Origin: Selaginella moellendorffii
Lineage: Eukaryota; Plantae; Lycopodiophyta
Length of the DNA: 64,000 nucleotides
Direction: 5' to 3'
Assembly: GCF_000143415.4 (NCBI RefSeq)
Contig: NW_003314271.1
Span: 2,278,499 to 2,342,498, forward strand
Below the pieces are notes generated by a model, which was not told where the DNA came from, made no database searches, and saw only the letters and a list, made by a program, of their open reading frames with translations. The translations under genes and the position numbers were made by a program. Positions 36,857 to 48,493 of the stretch are shown piece by piece; within the stretch, counting starts at the first letter, position 1, and each line of letters starts with the position of its first letter.

Positions 36857-38246
36857 AAAAATGAAGACTATTTGTGTTAATTAATAAGTAAGATTAATTA
36901 ACATGAGATTATCGTGGCAGGCGTCTGAGGCGACGAATTCGGCGGCCTCTCGTACACTTTTGCTGCTTCATCCAGGGAATGAGCTGAGTTGTCTTATAGA
37001 GAGGATGCTGTGGAATGCTCGTTTCCGAGACGCATTGCGCACTCCACGTGAGACAAAGCACCAAGAGCTCGCTTCCCCAGAGTTCACAACCTAACTTATT
37101 GCTGTTGCTAGTTGTTCCAACACTCGGTCTCACCTTTGTTATCAGATCGCTATTCCCTTTGTGAAACCAGTAACTGGCAGATTTCAAAAGTAAGCAGAAA
37201 TGTACTTCAGCTTCACCTCCTCTCTTCAATCTGCTCTCTGATGAAATAGTGGAACATTTCGAAGCGTTTATTCCTTTCATGGTGTACTTGATTCATAATC
37301 AACTGTAGGCATGCTGTGTTGTTGTAAACGTTCAGCAATTTTCCACATTGAAGCTACTCATCAGGATGGTCTATAGTTATGACGCTCAAGATTCATTTTC
37401 CTCTACATATAGCATAACATTTTTTATTTAGTAGCAAATTGAGATTTCCAATATCTAGTTGGGCTTTGTGTACAGAGGCATCTAGGCATGTTTTATGAAG
37501 TGGCTTCAATCTCATTCCACCTCTCTCAGCAAGCATCAGCTTTTGGCATGAATAATCTGTTAACATCAATAATCTGCCACCTTTTCTTCTATATATATCG
37601 CTAACTGATTATGGGAGTTAAAGATACTTTACTGCAATGGTTCTCAAGATAGAACCAGTTTGACACTCTCTAGCTTCCTTCATTTTTTAAGCTCTTGTCA
37701 TTTATTCATTTTTCCATTTTCTCGTAGTCAGATTCTAGTTTGACCCTATAGTTTTTTCCTGGTTTTTCTATGTGTTTTCAAATTTCACACCTTATTCCCA
37801 TTGTTTCTCTATTATCTCCATTTTCATCATCCATCATTTATTTTTTGTATGTGCTAGACTTGGATTCTTTTCCAGCTATTAGTTGCTTGTTGGAGCATCA
37901 GTATAATTCTGGGCATATTCCTGGATATGTTATTGGGCATTTCCAGTTGATAAGCCAAGGCCAGTGCCACTGGCCAAGATTTTGGGCCGTATGTCATAGC
38001 TTGAGGCATTCCACTCAAAGTCTATATGCAATGGATGGAGTGCCTTGAGTCTGCTGCTTAGAGGAAGGAGGGTTGATCCGACAAGGGAACTGTGTTGACG
38101 AGCAGGGATGTTGTGAAACAAGTCCCTACACCCACGATTAGAACAACAAACGTTAGTAAACCAACTAATCACTGATTTGTAGAATGGATATGCAGCTGGC
38201 ATGAAGAACACAATTATTGTACATGTGATCAAAATTTGAATATTCT

Positions 38247-40900
38247 GTCGGGGGAGGATAGCCCCTGCAATTAGTTAGCTTAGTGTAGAAAGAACTGCTT
38301 GCTCAACCTCGCAGGACGTGGATAGCATCCAGCTGCCAACTGTGCCTAGGGATCAAGATCAAAGAGCCGAGCTTTGTGTGTATAGAAAAGTGGATTTCAG
38401 TCTAGGGGTGTGTGATGTAGCCAATAGGGAGGTGTAAGAGACCAATAACATATAGAAGGGATGTGAGGTGGCAGAGGTAGGTTATTTTACTTCTTAAGAA
38501 CCGAGAGGACTGGAGTTGCAAAAGAACACAAGCTCAATTCCTTCAAGTGTATGAGGAAAGGGTGATCTTTTCTTTTCTATAGGGGATCCTGATCATGGTT
38601 CTCAGGTAGATACAGCCATGGCATTTTTGGTTCTCTCTCGCAAGAGTAAGAAGCCAGTGTCAAACCGACAGATCTTCAGATGAAGAAGCGGTGGAGATTC
38701 TGGTCATGTCCTTTGAAGATCGATTCAATAAGTTGATGGATATGAAAGTCCTAGGAGCTTTGGAGACAGCACATGTGGAACCTCTTGGAGGTCCAACTCA
38801 AGTAAGAGGAGATGGAAATGCATTGAGAGGGAGGTCAGGAAGATTTGGCAACACACATCAGATCCAAATTTGGGGGTGTTTTCCAATGGGCAAGGGCAAG
38901 AGTCCAGGATGCTGCAGAGGATTGGTAGTTGCTACAAAGGGCCAGCCTTTGTTTGTGTCTGTGGACCCAGCTGCCAACGTCCCAACATTCCCATTTCCCC
39001 TGTCAGCTTTCACCTCTACTTCGGGGGTGAATTCTAGTTCACCACCTTACGTGACTGCTGTGCCAGTGTACAGTGTGGCAACGTTTATTCCCTGGCATTT
39101 CAGCACTGGGGGGATGCTGTCGCCAACTTTCTTGTGGCCTCCATCATGGCCCTAGGGAAGCACTCCGTGCTTCTTCAGGACTTGCGGTGGATTGCTGCGG
39201 GGGAGCCCAGAGCTGGATCATTGGCTCCACAAGGACAGGTTCCTATTAACTCATTATGCGGGGGAGTATGATCGGATGGTGTTACAAGAGTGGACTTGTG
39301 GTTTTGACGGCTAATTCACCATCATGGAAGTTCCAAAGCGAAAGAGAGTTCCTTTTGCATCGATATACTTAAAGGGGTTAGCATCCAACTGGTACTACGC
39401 TCTTGAACAGTACAAGGTGGCTCCCTCATGGGAAGAATTCAAAAGGCTGCTCGTTTGTGTTAATAGCAGTGGCGTATTTACCCTTCAACGATACATCTTG
39501 CGGTCCAATCGTTACAAGAGTTCAATGAAACATGGTTGAAAACAAGATTCGGCGATCATGGAGTTCCGGAGGTTGCGCCCGCCCGCATGAGCTCTGATGG
39601 AGGCTTGGTTGACATTGTGGAATGATCCTCTATGCCAAGGACGGAACCAGTGGACCAACAAGCCGTTGTTGGTGTCATCATCATGGACTTCATCAACGTT
39701 TATTTCTTGTCCACTAGTGCATTCTACAGTTGAAGAAGTGTGTACAAAACGTCCAGTTAAAGAGAAGGTGGTGCTAATACATTTATGAAGACGGCACCTT
39801 GGCTCCTTGCTCCGCAGAGCAACTGGACACCCAGAGAGATTTCTTTATCCTGGAGGCCAAATCACCATAGTATGAGTGCCGAAGATCAAGTAAAAGATGG
39901 CTTCGATCATATCCATTGCCTTGAATGTGTTTGTTGGAAAAGCTCATCCACAGTACCTCATGTTCATGTTGGTCAATTTTGGAGCATCATATATGTTTAT
40001 CAACAACGTTGGCTCCAGAAGCTGAAGCTCACTACATCTTTGCTGCCAAGGCCACTAGTTGTGGAGGTTACTGTTCGTGGGACTTTATTGTCAGAGGCAG
40101 AAGTCCGATGCAACATACAGGTAGGAGGATATCAGATGGAGGGGACGTTCCATGTCCTTGAGATGGGGGCCGTCAATATGGTGTTTGGAGTTGACATTCT
40201 CCAGACTCTAGGAAACATCGTTGTTAACTTTGGAATAAAGTGGATGGAATTTTCTGTCCAAGGGAAAGACATATACCGGGCTGGATGTGCAACCTTTTCA
40301 TCAGTTTCAGCAAGTTTCGGCAGCTCAATGCTCGCGGTTAGTTGCTCAAGGTGGTGACCCTAGGAGTTCTTGAGGAGCAGCGACTAATTCAGCTTGCAAA
40401 GACAGCTTTGCCAAAGGAGCGAAGCCCTGGGAAGAAAGCCAGGGAGAAGAAATCAGTGAAGAAAGCAGACCCTGGAGGACTGGAGGAGAAAAATGACAGC
40501 AAAGGCAGGAGGAAAGCAATGAAGCAAGCTGCCGCTTCGTCCATAGACTCAGATGATGCTGAAGTTTCTGGTGAGGAGGGCAGAATATCCACAGAAGTGG
40601 AAGATGCTTTGGCCGAAATTCCACTTCCAAACGACGTAAAGGTACTTGCAAGTTTTTATCCTCATGTATTTCGCAAGCAGATTACTGCTTGAGAGGCTAG
40701 TGAGAAAACTGGGGTGTATCACCATATTTGTTTGGAATCAGGAGCTCCTCCTACCACCCGAGCTTTTATTCGTCCAGATCAGGAGGAACGCCAGCGTGTC
40801 GACGAGATGGTGGGCGAGCTATTAGCGGATGGAATGGTGGAATTGAGCACGAGTTCTGGTTCTCAAGAAGTAAACAAAACCTACACATTCCTGCTATATA
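38247..40900 (+). mobile_element. Degenerate Ty3/gypsy element (gag, protease, start of RT)
   Basis: YLKGLASNWY...PSWEEFK (gag); MLVNFGASYMFI (decayed DSGA protease site); VFGVDILQTLG; YHHICLESGAPP...ELLADGMVELSTS (RT start); frameshifts. Confidence 0.75.
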
Positions 40901-41292
40901 ATCGATCCCTCTAGGAGGAGTTTGTGCTGTCTCTTACTTCACCAAGGACATCCCAGAGGAGTTAGGGACCGAAGTACAGTATGATCTGTTCGAGCTCCAG
41001 GAGTTTATTCTCAAGGTAATGTATTTTTCTATTTCATGCCTTCACACTAAGCTTCACAAGCGTTTATGTAGGCTGACAGTGCCATGGAATGAAGTTGCAA
41101 CTTAATGGCATCACTTGAAATATTGTACATCCAGTTTCGGCATTTGACTTCTAATCATGGGATTGTCCCCTCATGAAAATAAAAGATATAACAGCCATTC
41201 AGCAAGTATAATTAGCGCTTTCTTTTAAATGGTTTTGCGCACTCACTGCTATTGACAAAAGGTTAACAAGTTAATAACAGTCCTTAATTAAA

Positions 41293-41365
41293 CGACTCCA
41301 CTGGGGATCGAACCCAGAATCTCTGGTTCCGTAGACCAGCGCCTTATCCGTTGGGCCATGGAGTC
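41293..41365 (-). tRNA. tRNA-Arg (ACG)
   Basis: Reverse complement GACTCCATGGCCCAACGGATAAGGCGCTGGTCT-ACG-GAACCAGAGATTCTGGGTTCGATCCCCAGTGGAGTCG folds as a cloverleaf. Confidence 0.96.
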
Positions 41366-41463
41366 ACATGTTGGTAACCTCCTAGAGTTTTTCCTACTAG
41401 GAGGTTTAAATTTTTACCATAAGGGTTTTTGGTGGAAGATATTTTTTTCTAAAACCCTAGGCT

Positions 41464-44400
41464 ATGGCGAGCCAGGTCCTGTTGGGAGCGCCAAGCTTGG
41501 CGCCGTCGGCCGCATTCCCTGCCTCCCGGCCGGGGAAGAGCCCTGCGGCATTGCGCAAGAGCGTGCTAGGGTCTCCAGCTCCGGCGCCATCGCCAGCACC
41601 AGTTCGTCTCTTCGCGAATCCGAGGTATGGAACCAGATGCTGCTCCTACAGCGCCGATAGCAGCGCCTCGAGCGGTGGTGGGGGCTTTGGAGCTGGTTCT
41701 AGCCCCGGCTATGGCGGCGGCGTGAGCAACAACAACAACATCTGGATTAATCCCAATGCCACCGAGGAGGACAAGAAGAACTTCGTCTACAGCACGGGGA
41801 GCTCTTCGATCGACAAAAGGATTGGGAAGACATGGGCGAATCCAAGCGCTGGTGGCGTAGATAGCCCCGGTGGGGGCTATGGTAGCTCTGTGGCTCCTCC
41901 TGGCGGTGGCGCTGATTATTCTGGCCAGAAAGGGGCTGCTTCTAGTGGAGAAGCTGATGCGAATGCTCTATCCGGTGGAGGATCTACTGGAAGCGGTGCT
42001 GCTTCTGGTGGACTTGGTGGTGCTCCTGCTACTACTTTCGATGCGGCTGCTTCTCCGGCTACTCCATCGACCACTGGTTATACTGGAGGCGCTGGTGCTC
42101 CTGCGGGTGGCTATGGTGTGAGCTCGTCGACGGGCTATGGCGGTGGCTATGGCGCGAGTGGAGCTTCTTCTACTGGCTATGGAGCTGGAACGTCCTCGAC
42201 TGGTTATGGTGCTGGAACGACGCCCTCGACTGGATATGGTGCTGGAACGACGCCCTCGACGGGGTATGGTGCTGGAACGTCCTCGACTGGCTATGGTGCG
42301 GGAACGACGCCCTCGACGGGGTATGGTGCTGGAACGTCCTCGACTGGCTATGGTGCTGGAACGTCCTCGACTGGTTATGGTGCTGGAACGACGCCCTCGA
42401 CTGGATATGGTACTGGAACGTCCTCGACTACCGGAGGCTATAGTGGAAACCCATCAACAGGCTATAGCTCGCCTGGGTCGACCGGATACGGAACTTCTTC
42501 CGCGTCCACCGGCTATGGAAGCTTTGGCGGAACGTCCCCGGCATCGACTGGCTATGGGACTGGCACAACCCCGAGCTCCACGACCGGTTATGGATCGTCG
42601 ACTGGTTTTGGAGACGCGTCCACTGGCTACGGTGGAGGAAACTCATCCACCTCGACTGGCTATGGTCAAAACTCTTCGACGGGCTTTGGTGATGGTCAAA
42701 ACTCTTCGGGAAGTTCTACCAGTTCTGGCACGGGTTACGGTGGAGCTGGTTCCTCGACTGGATATGGAAGCTCGGGAAATTCTTGGGCTGGAAATGCTTC
42801 AACCGGATATGGTGGAAGCTCGTCAGCAGGGAGTACCTTCGGTGGGGGCTACGGTGGGAACTCCTCGACTGGAAGCGGATTTGGCGGCTCCACAAATTTT
42901 GGAGAAAGTTCTTCGACTGGAAGCGGCTTTGGTGGCTCCACTGGTTTCGGTGGGACTTCTTCGGGTGGCTTTGGTGACAATTCTTCAACTGGAAGTGGCT
43001 TTGGCGGTGGTTTCGGTGGAAACTCTTCGACGGGCTTTGGTGGGAGCTCAACCGGCTATGGTAGCTCCAACGGCTTTGGCGGGAGCTCCTTTGGTGGCGG
43101 AAGCTCATTCGGCAGGAGCTCGCCTGGCTTCACGCCCAGATACCACAGCAACCCGACGACGCCCAACGCAAGCACTGACTTTGGGTGGAGGAAGGGGATG
43201 AGCACCGCTCCAACGCCGCCACCCCCGCCGCCATCCACAGAGCCGGACAGCTCCACAACGCCATTCTCGGCTACAAGTTTCCTCGGGGGAAATCCTGGAG
43301 CTTCCTCGCCCGGATACGGGACCACGCCTAGCTCTTCGTATCCGGGAGGCTCCACAGGAGGCTCGTTTGGCTCCACAGCGACGGGAGGCTACCAAGGAAA
43401 CTCTACGGGCTTTGGGTCCTCGACGAGTGGCGGCTACCAAACGAGCAGCTCTCCAGACTTTGGATCCTCGACAACGCCGTCGTGGAACAGCGCACCATCT
43501 TCGAGTCCGAGCACGGGGTGGAACAGTGCACCGTCTTCGAACCCAAGCACGGCGTGGAACAGTGCACCATCTTCAAGTCCGAGCACGGGGTGGAACAGTG
43601 CACCTTCTTCGAGCCCAAGCACGGCGTGGAACAGTGCACCATCTTCCAGCCCGAGCACGGAGTGGAACAGCGCACCATCTTCGAGCCCGAGCACGGGATA
43701 TGGGAGTGAGAGCGCTGCTTCAACTAGCTCGCAGGCGGCAGCCCCTGGAGCGGCTCCAAGTTTTGATTCAGGTATATAGTCTTTGAGTATGGTTTGGTTT
43801 CTAAGATTGAATACAATGTTGTTGACGCTGGTAATCGCAGCAGAGAGTTCTGGATCTAGTGCGGGACTGTCAGTTTCCGCGAGTGGCTCTGGTGTTGAAG
43901 CGGCAGCTTCAGTAGGATCTAGTAGTTCGTCAGCTGGCGAGCCGACGCTGGTAGCATCATCGTCAACTTCGCCAGCTTTAACGGGATCATCACCATCAAC
44001 ACCGGCTTCTGGAGAATCCACACTAGCGTCGTCGTTGTCTGGATCGTCTACTCCAATTGCTTCGACTGGATCAAGCACGCCAGGCCAAACTTCGAGCTTG
44101 TCCCCTCAGACTGTATCAAGCTCGGCTCTACCTGGCACTGGAACTGGATATGGCACGAGCTACTTGGGTGGAGACGTCGGCACGCCTGCGAGTTCTTATG
44201 GCTTTGGCGCTCCACCACCACCACCAAGCTCTCAGACGCCACCAAATCCTTCTCCATCGCCATCGCCATCGCCAGCAAATCCTTACGCGTCTTCCTCTTC
44301 TCCTCCCCCGTCGTCGCAATCTCCAGCAACCAGGAGCTCTTTTGCTGGTTCATCCAGAGGAGGAGGAGCTGCTGCTGGAAACAGGATCAACAAGGGACCA

Positions 44401-44793
44401 ATGCCCGAGTTCAAGCTTCCAGACGGCACGAACAAGTGGACGTCGGTGGATGAGATGAGGCGGCACTACTTCCCAAACTGCGATAACGAGCCGCCGCCAC
44501 GCAGGACATACAAGACCCCCGACCCCAGCGCGGGTGGATTCGTCATCCCCGACGGCTCCAGGAAGTGGAACTCGATCGACGAGATGCGGCGGCACTACTT
44601 CCCAAACGAGGATTTCTCCACGCCGCCAAAGAGAACGTACAAGGCCCCGGATCCAAAGGCTGGCGGCTTTGTTCTTCCCGACGGCTCTCGCAAGTGGAAC
44701 TCGATTGACGAGATGAGGAGGCACTACTTCCCGGACGAGGACTTCTCCAAGCCTCCCAAGCCCTTTGGTTCCACGGGAAAGAGTGACAAGTGA
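41464..44793 (+). CDS. Large Gly/Ser/Thr/Tyr-rich low-complexity protein (GRP-B), about 1086 aa, plastid-like transit peptide, three C-terminal 40-aa repeats, 2 exons
   Basis: Exon 1 41464-43771, intron 43772-43840 (NAGNAG acceptor), exon 2 in frame to TGA 44793; N-terminus Ser/Ala/Pro/Arg-rich without acidic residues. Confidence 0.82.
43483..43698 (+). repeat. Coding 36-bp tandem repeat, 6 copies (WNSAPSSxPSTx)
   Basis: tggaacag(c/t)gcacc... recurring every 36 bp. Confidence 0.95.
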
Positions 44794-45130
44794 TCGACAA
44801 AGCTTGCCATTGCCACCTTTTCGTCTGAAAACTATTCTATTTATCCAAACCTTTATGGAGGTAAAGCCCTATTTGATACATTGGATTAGATTATATTCAA
44901 ACAAATATTTTAATATGAATATCTATGGCGCAAGCGTGAACCTCATGGCAGCCATTCAATGCACGATCCAAGTGGTAAGTCTCGGCCTTCGAAGAATTCG
45001 ACTCCGTTAGGTTTCTTGTGATTGATCATCGCTTGCGCGGATGATCCGTCACATTCTTCCACAAGTTAGAATGTGAGCCTTGTGCTCGTCGGGGGGCCCA
45101 ATTCACCATCTCCAATTCCGAGTTTACGCT

Positions 45131-46180
45131 GTGGTCGTGGGTGCTACCAGTCGGGCAGCTCATCCAGAAGCTCCAGCTGCGAGGATATAAAGTGAAGGTA
45201 AAGTCTCTTCTCCTCTCAGCATTTGCCTGTAATGGGCAAATGTTTGAGGCATTCTGTTTTAACTTAAACTTCTGTGAACACCTTTTTTATGATGGCTTTC
45301 GTACGGAAATATGATTCTGAGACTTTAGAGATGCTGCCTCGGTCGGTGAAAATCGTTGTGGGAGGAGACGTTGAAAGCAGCGGTCCAAGGTCGCAACAAG
45401 ATTATCTGCTGGATCATATTTCCTGCTGATCCATACGAGTTTACAACAAGGGAAATCTATCAACAGCATTCCAGGTTCGCATACACTTGCTTTACCAGAA
45501 GTACTCTTGTGTTCTTTCTTCTTTTTGTTTTTGTGCGTGCAGGCTAGCACAAACTCGTGCTGGGCGGAGCAGCAAGCAAGCTGGTTGTGGCGAAATTCAT
45601 CTGAGCAAAAGAGGTGGATTCCTGGAAGATGAGGAGAGGTGAAGCTTCCAGTGACTGGTACTTTTTTCTTGTGAGTAGCAAAGACTTGTTTTTCGGGGTT
45701 TGTACCCAGCAGAGGTGGCTATGTAGAAATGGTGAAAAACTTATCGGTTCCTTCGGGTTTTACTCGTTTCTATTCTTCATTGTGTGGATTCGAAGGTCTA
45801 GTTTTACGTGTTTGTGGCGATGGTAAACGTTACAGCCTCATTCTCGAGACCAGCTCTGGAGAATACGACGCTCCGAGAAGACTTTACTACGCAAGATTCA
45901 TGGCACGGCTTGGCTATACCAGGGTAAGAGTCATGGTTTTCACTTGTCTACTTGTGCAGATTAGAATACCGTTCACAATCCTATGAACGAGGATCTATTC
46001 TTCTTAGTAGATCTTTGTTTCTAGCAAGAGAAGAAGCTGCTAGTGGACTCTCCCTGTAAGCATTTTGCATTCTATCTTTGGTCTTTTCTTATCACATATT
46101 TCAGACGAGAGAAGAGACTGATTTCATTCTAGTCTCTTGGCTGGAGTTTGGGCTGAGGCTGAAACTTCTTAGAGCGAAAC
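45131..46180 (+). pseudogene. HCF173-like (NAD(P)-binding/CIA30) pseudogene
   Basis: VVVGATSR..QKLQLRGYKVK; AFVRKYDSETLEMLPRSVKIVVG; LKAAVQGRNKII; SGFVPSRGGYVEM; FEGLVLRVCGDGKRYSLILE...YYARF; frameshifts and deletions. Confidence 0.75.
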
Positions 46181-46297
46181 AGGTATTGCATGCTTCACAG
46201 TTGCTTTCACTTTCACTTTCTTCAGAATTTGTTACAAGCAGGTTTGTTACGCGTACACTCCTGAGGCTGCATAACGCTCGTATGAACTGGTAAAAGC

Positions 46298-46700
46298 GTC
46301 TTTGAGTCTTTTGAGTATGGCACTTGCCAGAGTTGATGGTGATGATCCTGGTAAAGCTGGACGCTACTAGCGTCTGCTCGCCAGCTGACAAACTATTGGA
46401 TCCTACTGAAGCTGCCGCTTCAACACCGGATCAAACCACACTAGCGTCATTGTTGTCTGGATCGTCTGCTCTAACGCCAGTGCAAACTCGATCAAGCACG
46501 CCAGGGGAAACGTCATGCGCTAGATATGGCACGAGCTACTTGGGTGGAGACGTCGGCTCTCCTGCGAGTTCTTATGCGCTCCATCACCTCCCAGTGCAAG
46601 GTCTCAAACTCCACCAGCAAATCCTCCATCGTTGTCGCCAGCAAGTCTTCTTCTTCTTTCCTGTTGCCCTTTTTGTGGAAGGTAGCAGTTGTTGATCTGC
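46298..46700. pseudogene. Rearranged partial copy of GRP-B exon 2
   Basis: 46330-46428 is the reverse complement of about 43890-44000, followed by a forward copy including gatatggcacgagctacttgggtggagacgtcgg. Confidence 0.85.
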
Positions 46701-46859
46701 TCGGGTCTCCAGGAACCACACACCAATCAGTCAGGAATAGCTTGTATATAGAGCCTGATTGACTCGTGAATAGTAACTCATTTTCTCTTCATTGTATCAG
46801 AGCTCAGGCTTGTGGCTCATTACTTTTCTTTTCTTTCTTGTTCCTATTTCTTGCTCTCA

Positions 46860-47400
46860 TTGTTGATGGAGCAATTGGCTGTTACCATTCTTCCAGCCAT
46901 TTGATGGCTCAAGGCGTTTTAGTATTAGAGGGATCAAATGACTCAGCTGGGGGTGTGGGACGTGGTTACATCTCCTGAAGGCACTGATTCTTCAGCCACT
47001 GAGTCCACTCGCAGTAGCAATCAGGAGTAGACTGCTCAAGCCATCATCAGATCAAAGCTAGCAGAGCATCTAGCATATGCAACAAGAGTTGAGTCTGCTG
47101 CAGAAATTTAGGAGCGCCTCCTTGTGTGCTACGGGACAAGGAATACCACAAAGATTGCAGTGATTGACACAGAAATCATGTCAAAGTGCTACACTGGCAA
47201 GGAGGATAGAGTTCTCTTTCAAGATTTCTGTCATCGTTTTCAGGAATTGGAGGAAAAGGGGTGTGGCTACAGTGAAGCAAGAAAATCCTGGCACTTAGTA
47301 AAGCTTTTGAGAAACTGAATCATTGCTGTCAATGTCCACAGCACTGCCACTACATGATCAAGGCAGATATTGATGCTAGGTTGATCCAATAGTATGCTTA
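46860..47400 (+). mobile_element. Probable Ty1/copia gag remnant
   Basis: AQAIIRSKL...VESAAEI*ERLLVCYG...FCHRFQEL resembles a UBN2-type gag; stop codons. Confidence 0.4.
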
Positions 47401-47874
47401 GTTGCTAGAAACTTCTAATAGTCTGGTGCTGGATTCAAAAGTTGAGAGGCATGTTGTGAAGGATAGGAGTTGGTTCAAAGAGGTCAAGTTAAGCAAAACA
47501 AAATTTGTTCAAATATAGTGATTACAATTAGTGACCCTTCTTATTGCCATATAACCTTTATAATTCAAGTTCCAAGCAGCAAAGGAGCAAGTAATAATCA
47601 TTTGGAAGGATGAAGTGCACAAGATCTGGAGTCGAGACAATCTCATGTTCACCACAAATCACACTGGTTCTGGAAGTGCCTAAACTCATGTGTGCTAATC
47701 GATCAGCAAAAATGGACAATAAATGAAGAACAAACATTAGTCCCACATCTCTGTAAAAGAAGCTTCTAAAGAGAAAAAAAACAAAACATCGTTCTAGTAA
47801 AGCATATTTTCACCATAATGGATAAGGTAGAAAATGTGTGGACCCTGCATTACTTTAGAAATATTGAAGAGTTT

Positions 47875-48042
47875 TACCTCCATAAAGGTTAGACAATCGA
47901 TTAAGCCAGACGAAAAGAGACACGCTAAGCCGCAAGCTTGTCACTCTTTCCCGTGGAACCAAAGGGCTTGGGAGGCTTGGAGAAGTCCTCGTCCGGGAAG
48001 TAGCGCCTCCTCATCTTGCAGATTGAGTTCCACTTGCAAGAG
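47875..48042 (-). pseudogene. Inverted copy of the 3' end and 3' UTR of GRP-B
   Basis: tcactctttcccgtggaaccaaagggcttgggaggcttggagaagtcctcgtccgggaagtag is the reverse complement of 44723-44785. Confidence 0.9.
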
Positions 48043-48493
48043 CACCAGCCTCAAGATCCGGAGTCGTTTTGGTGGTGCCCAAGCTCTTGTATGCCACCAA
48101 AGAGTGACTTGTATGGAGCGGTCGAGGACGAGAATGGAGGAAGCCAACTTGGTGAGAGAATACAGCAAGCACGCCGGCCAGCTATTGCCAGCGGGGAGGA
48201 ATGCCCCACAGGCAATAGGTTTCACGGCCATACTTGTGCAGCCCCATCCCAAATACGATCGATCAGCAAAAATAGACGATAAATCATCTTTGTAAAAAGA
48301 AGCCCCTAAAGAGAAACAAATGAAAAAAAACATCAATATTTTCACCATAATATAAAAATGAAATTAAGGTAGAAGTCGAGAAATAAAAATGCACTCCATA
48401 ACTCCATAAAGGTTTGAAAGATTAGTTTTGGTTTAAGCCAGACTAAAAGTACAAACCCTGGAAAAACGGGAGATTATAAGTTCACATACCATC

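Noticed and set aside
35403-36884. 493-aa ORF (MFDLPED...MVERLH...) as a separate protein
   Set aside because: It reads through an intron into the shifted frame of the Gly-rich helicase exon; the spliced frame starts at 35540 and stops at 36856.
36909-37600. Possible minus-strand exons downstream of the helicase
   Set aside because: I could not assemble a consistent frame or recognise a family.
42130-42430. Ice-nucleation-protein-like repeats (GYGAGTSST)
   Set aside because: Unit length alternates between 9 and 10 aa and lacks the strict 8/16-aa AGYGSTxTA periodicity; the similarity is compositional.
42830-43110. FG-nucleoporin identity for GRP-B
   Set aside because: FG dipeptides are confined to one zone, no nucleoporin structured domain is visible and the N-terminus looks like a transit peptide. 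Not fully excluded without a search.
43483-43698. CRISPR-like array (36-bp period)
   Set aside because: Contiguous coding tandem repeats without unique spacers, in a eukaryotic gene; no cas genes.
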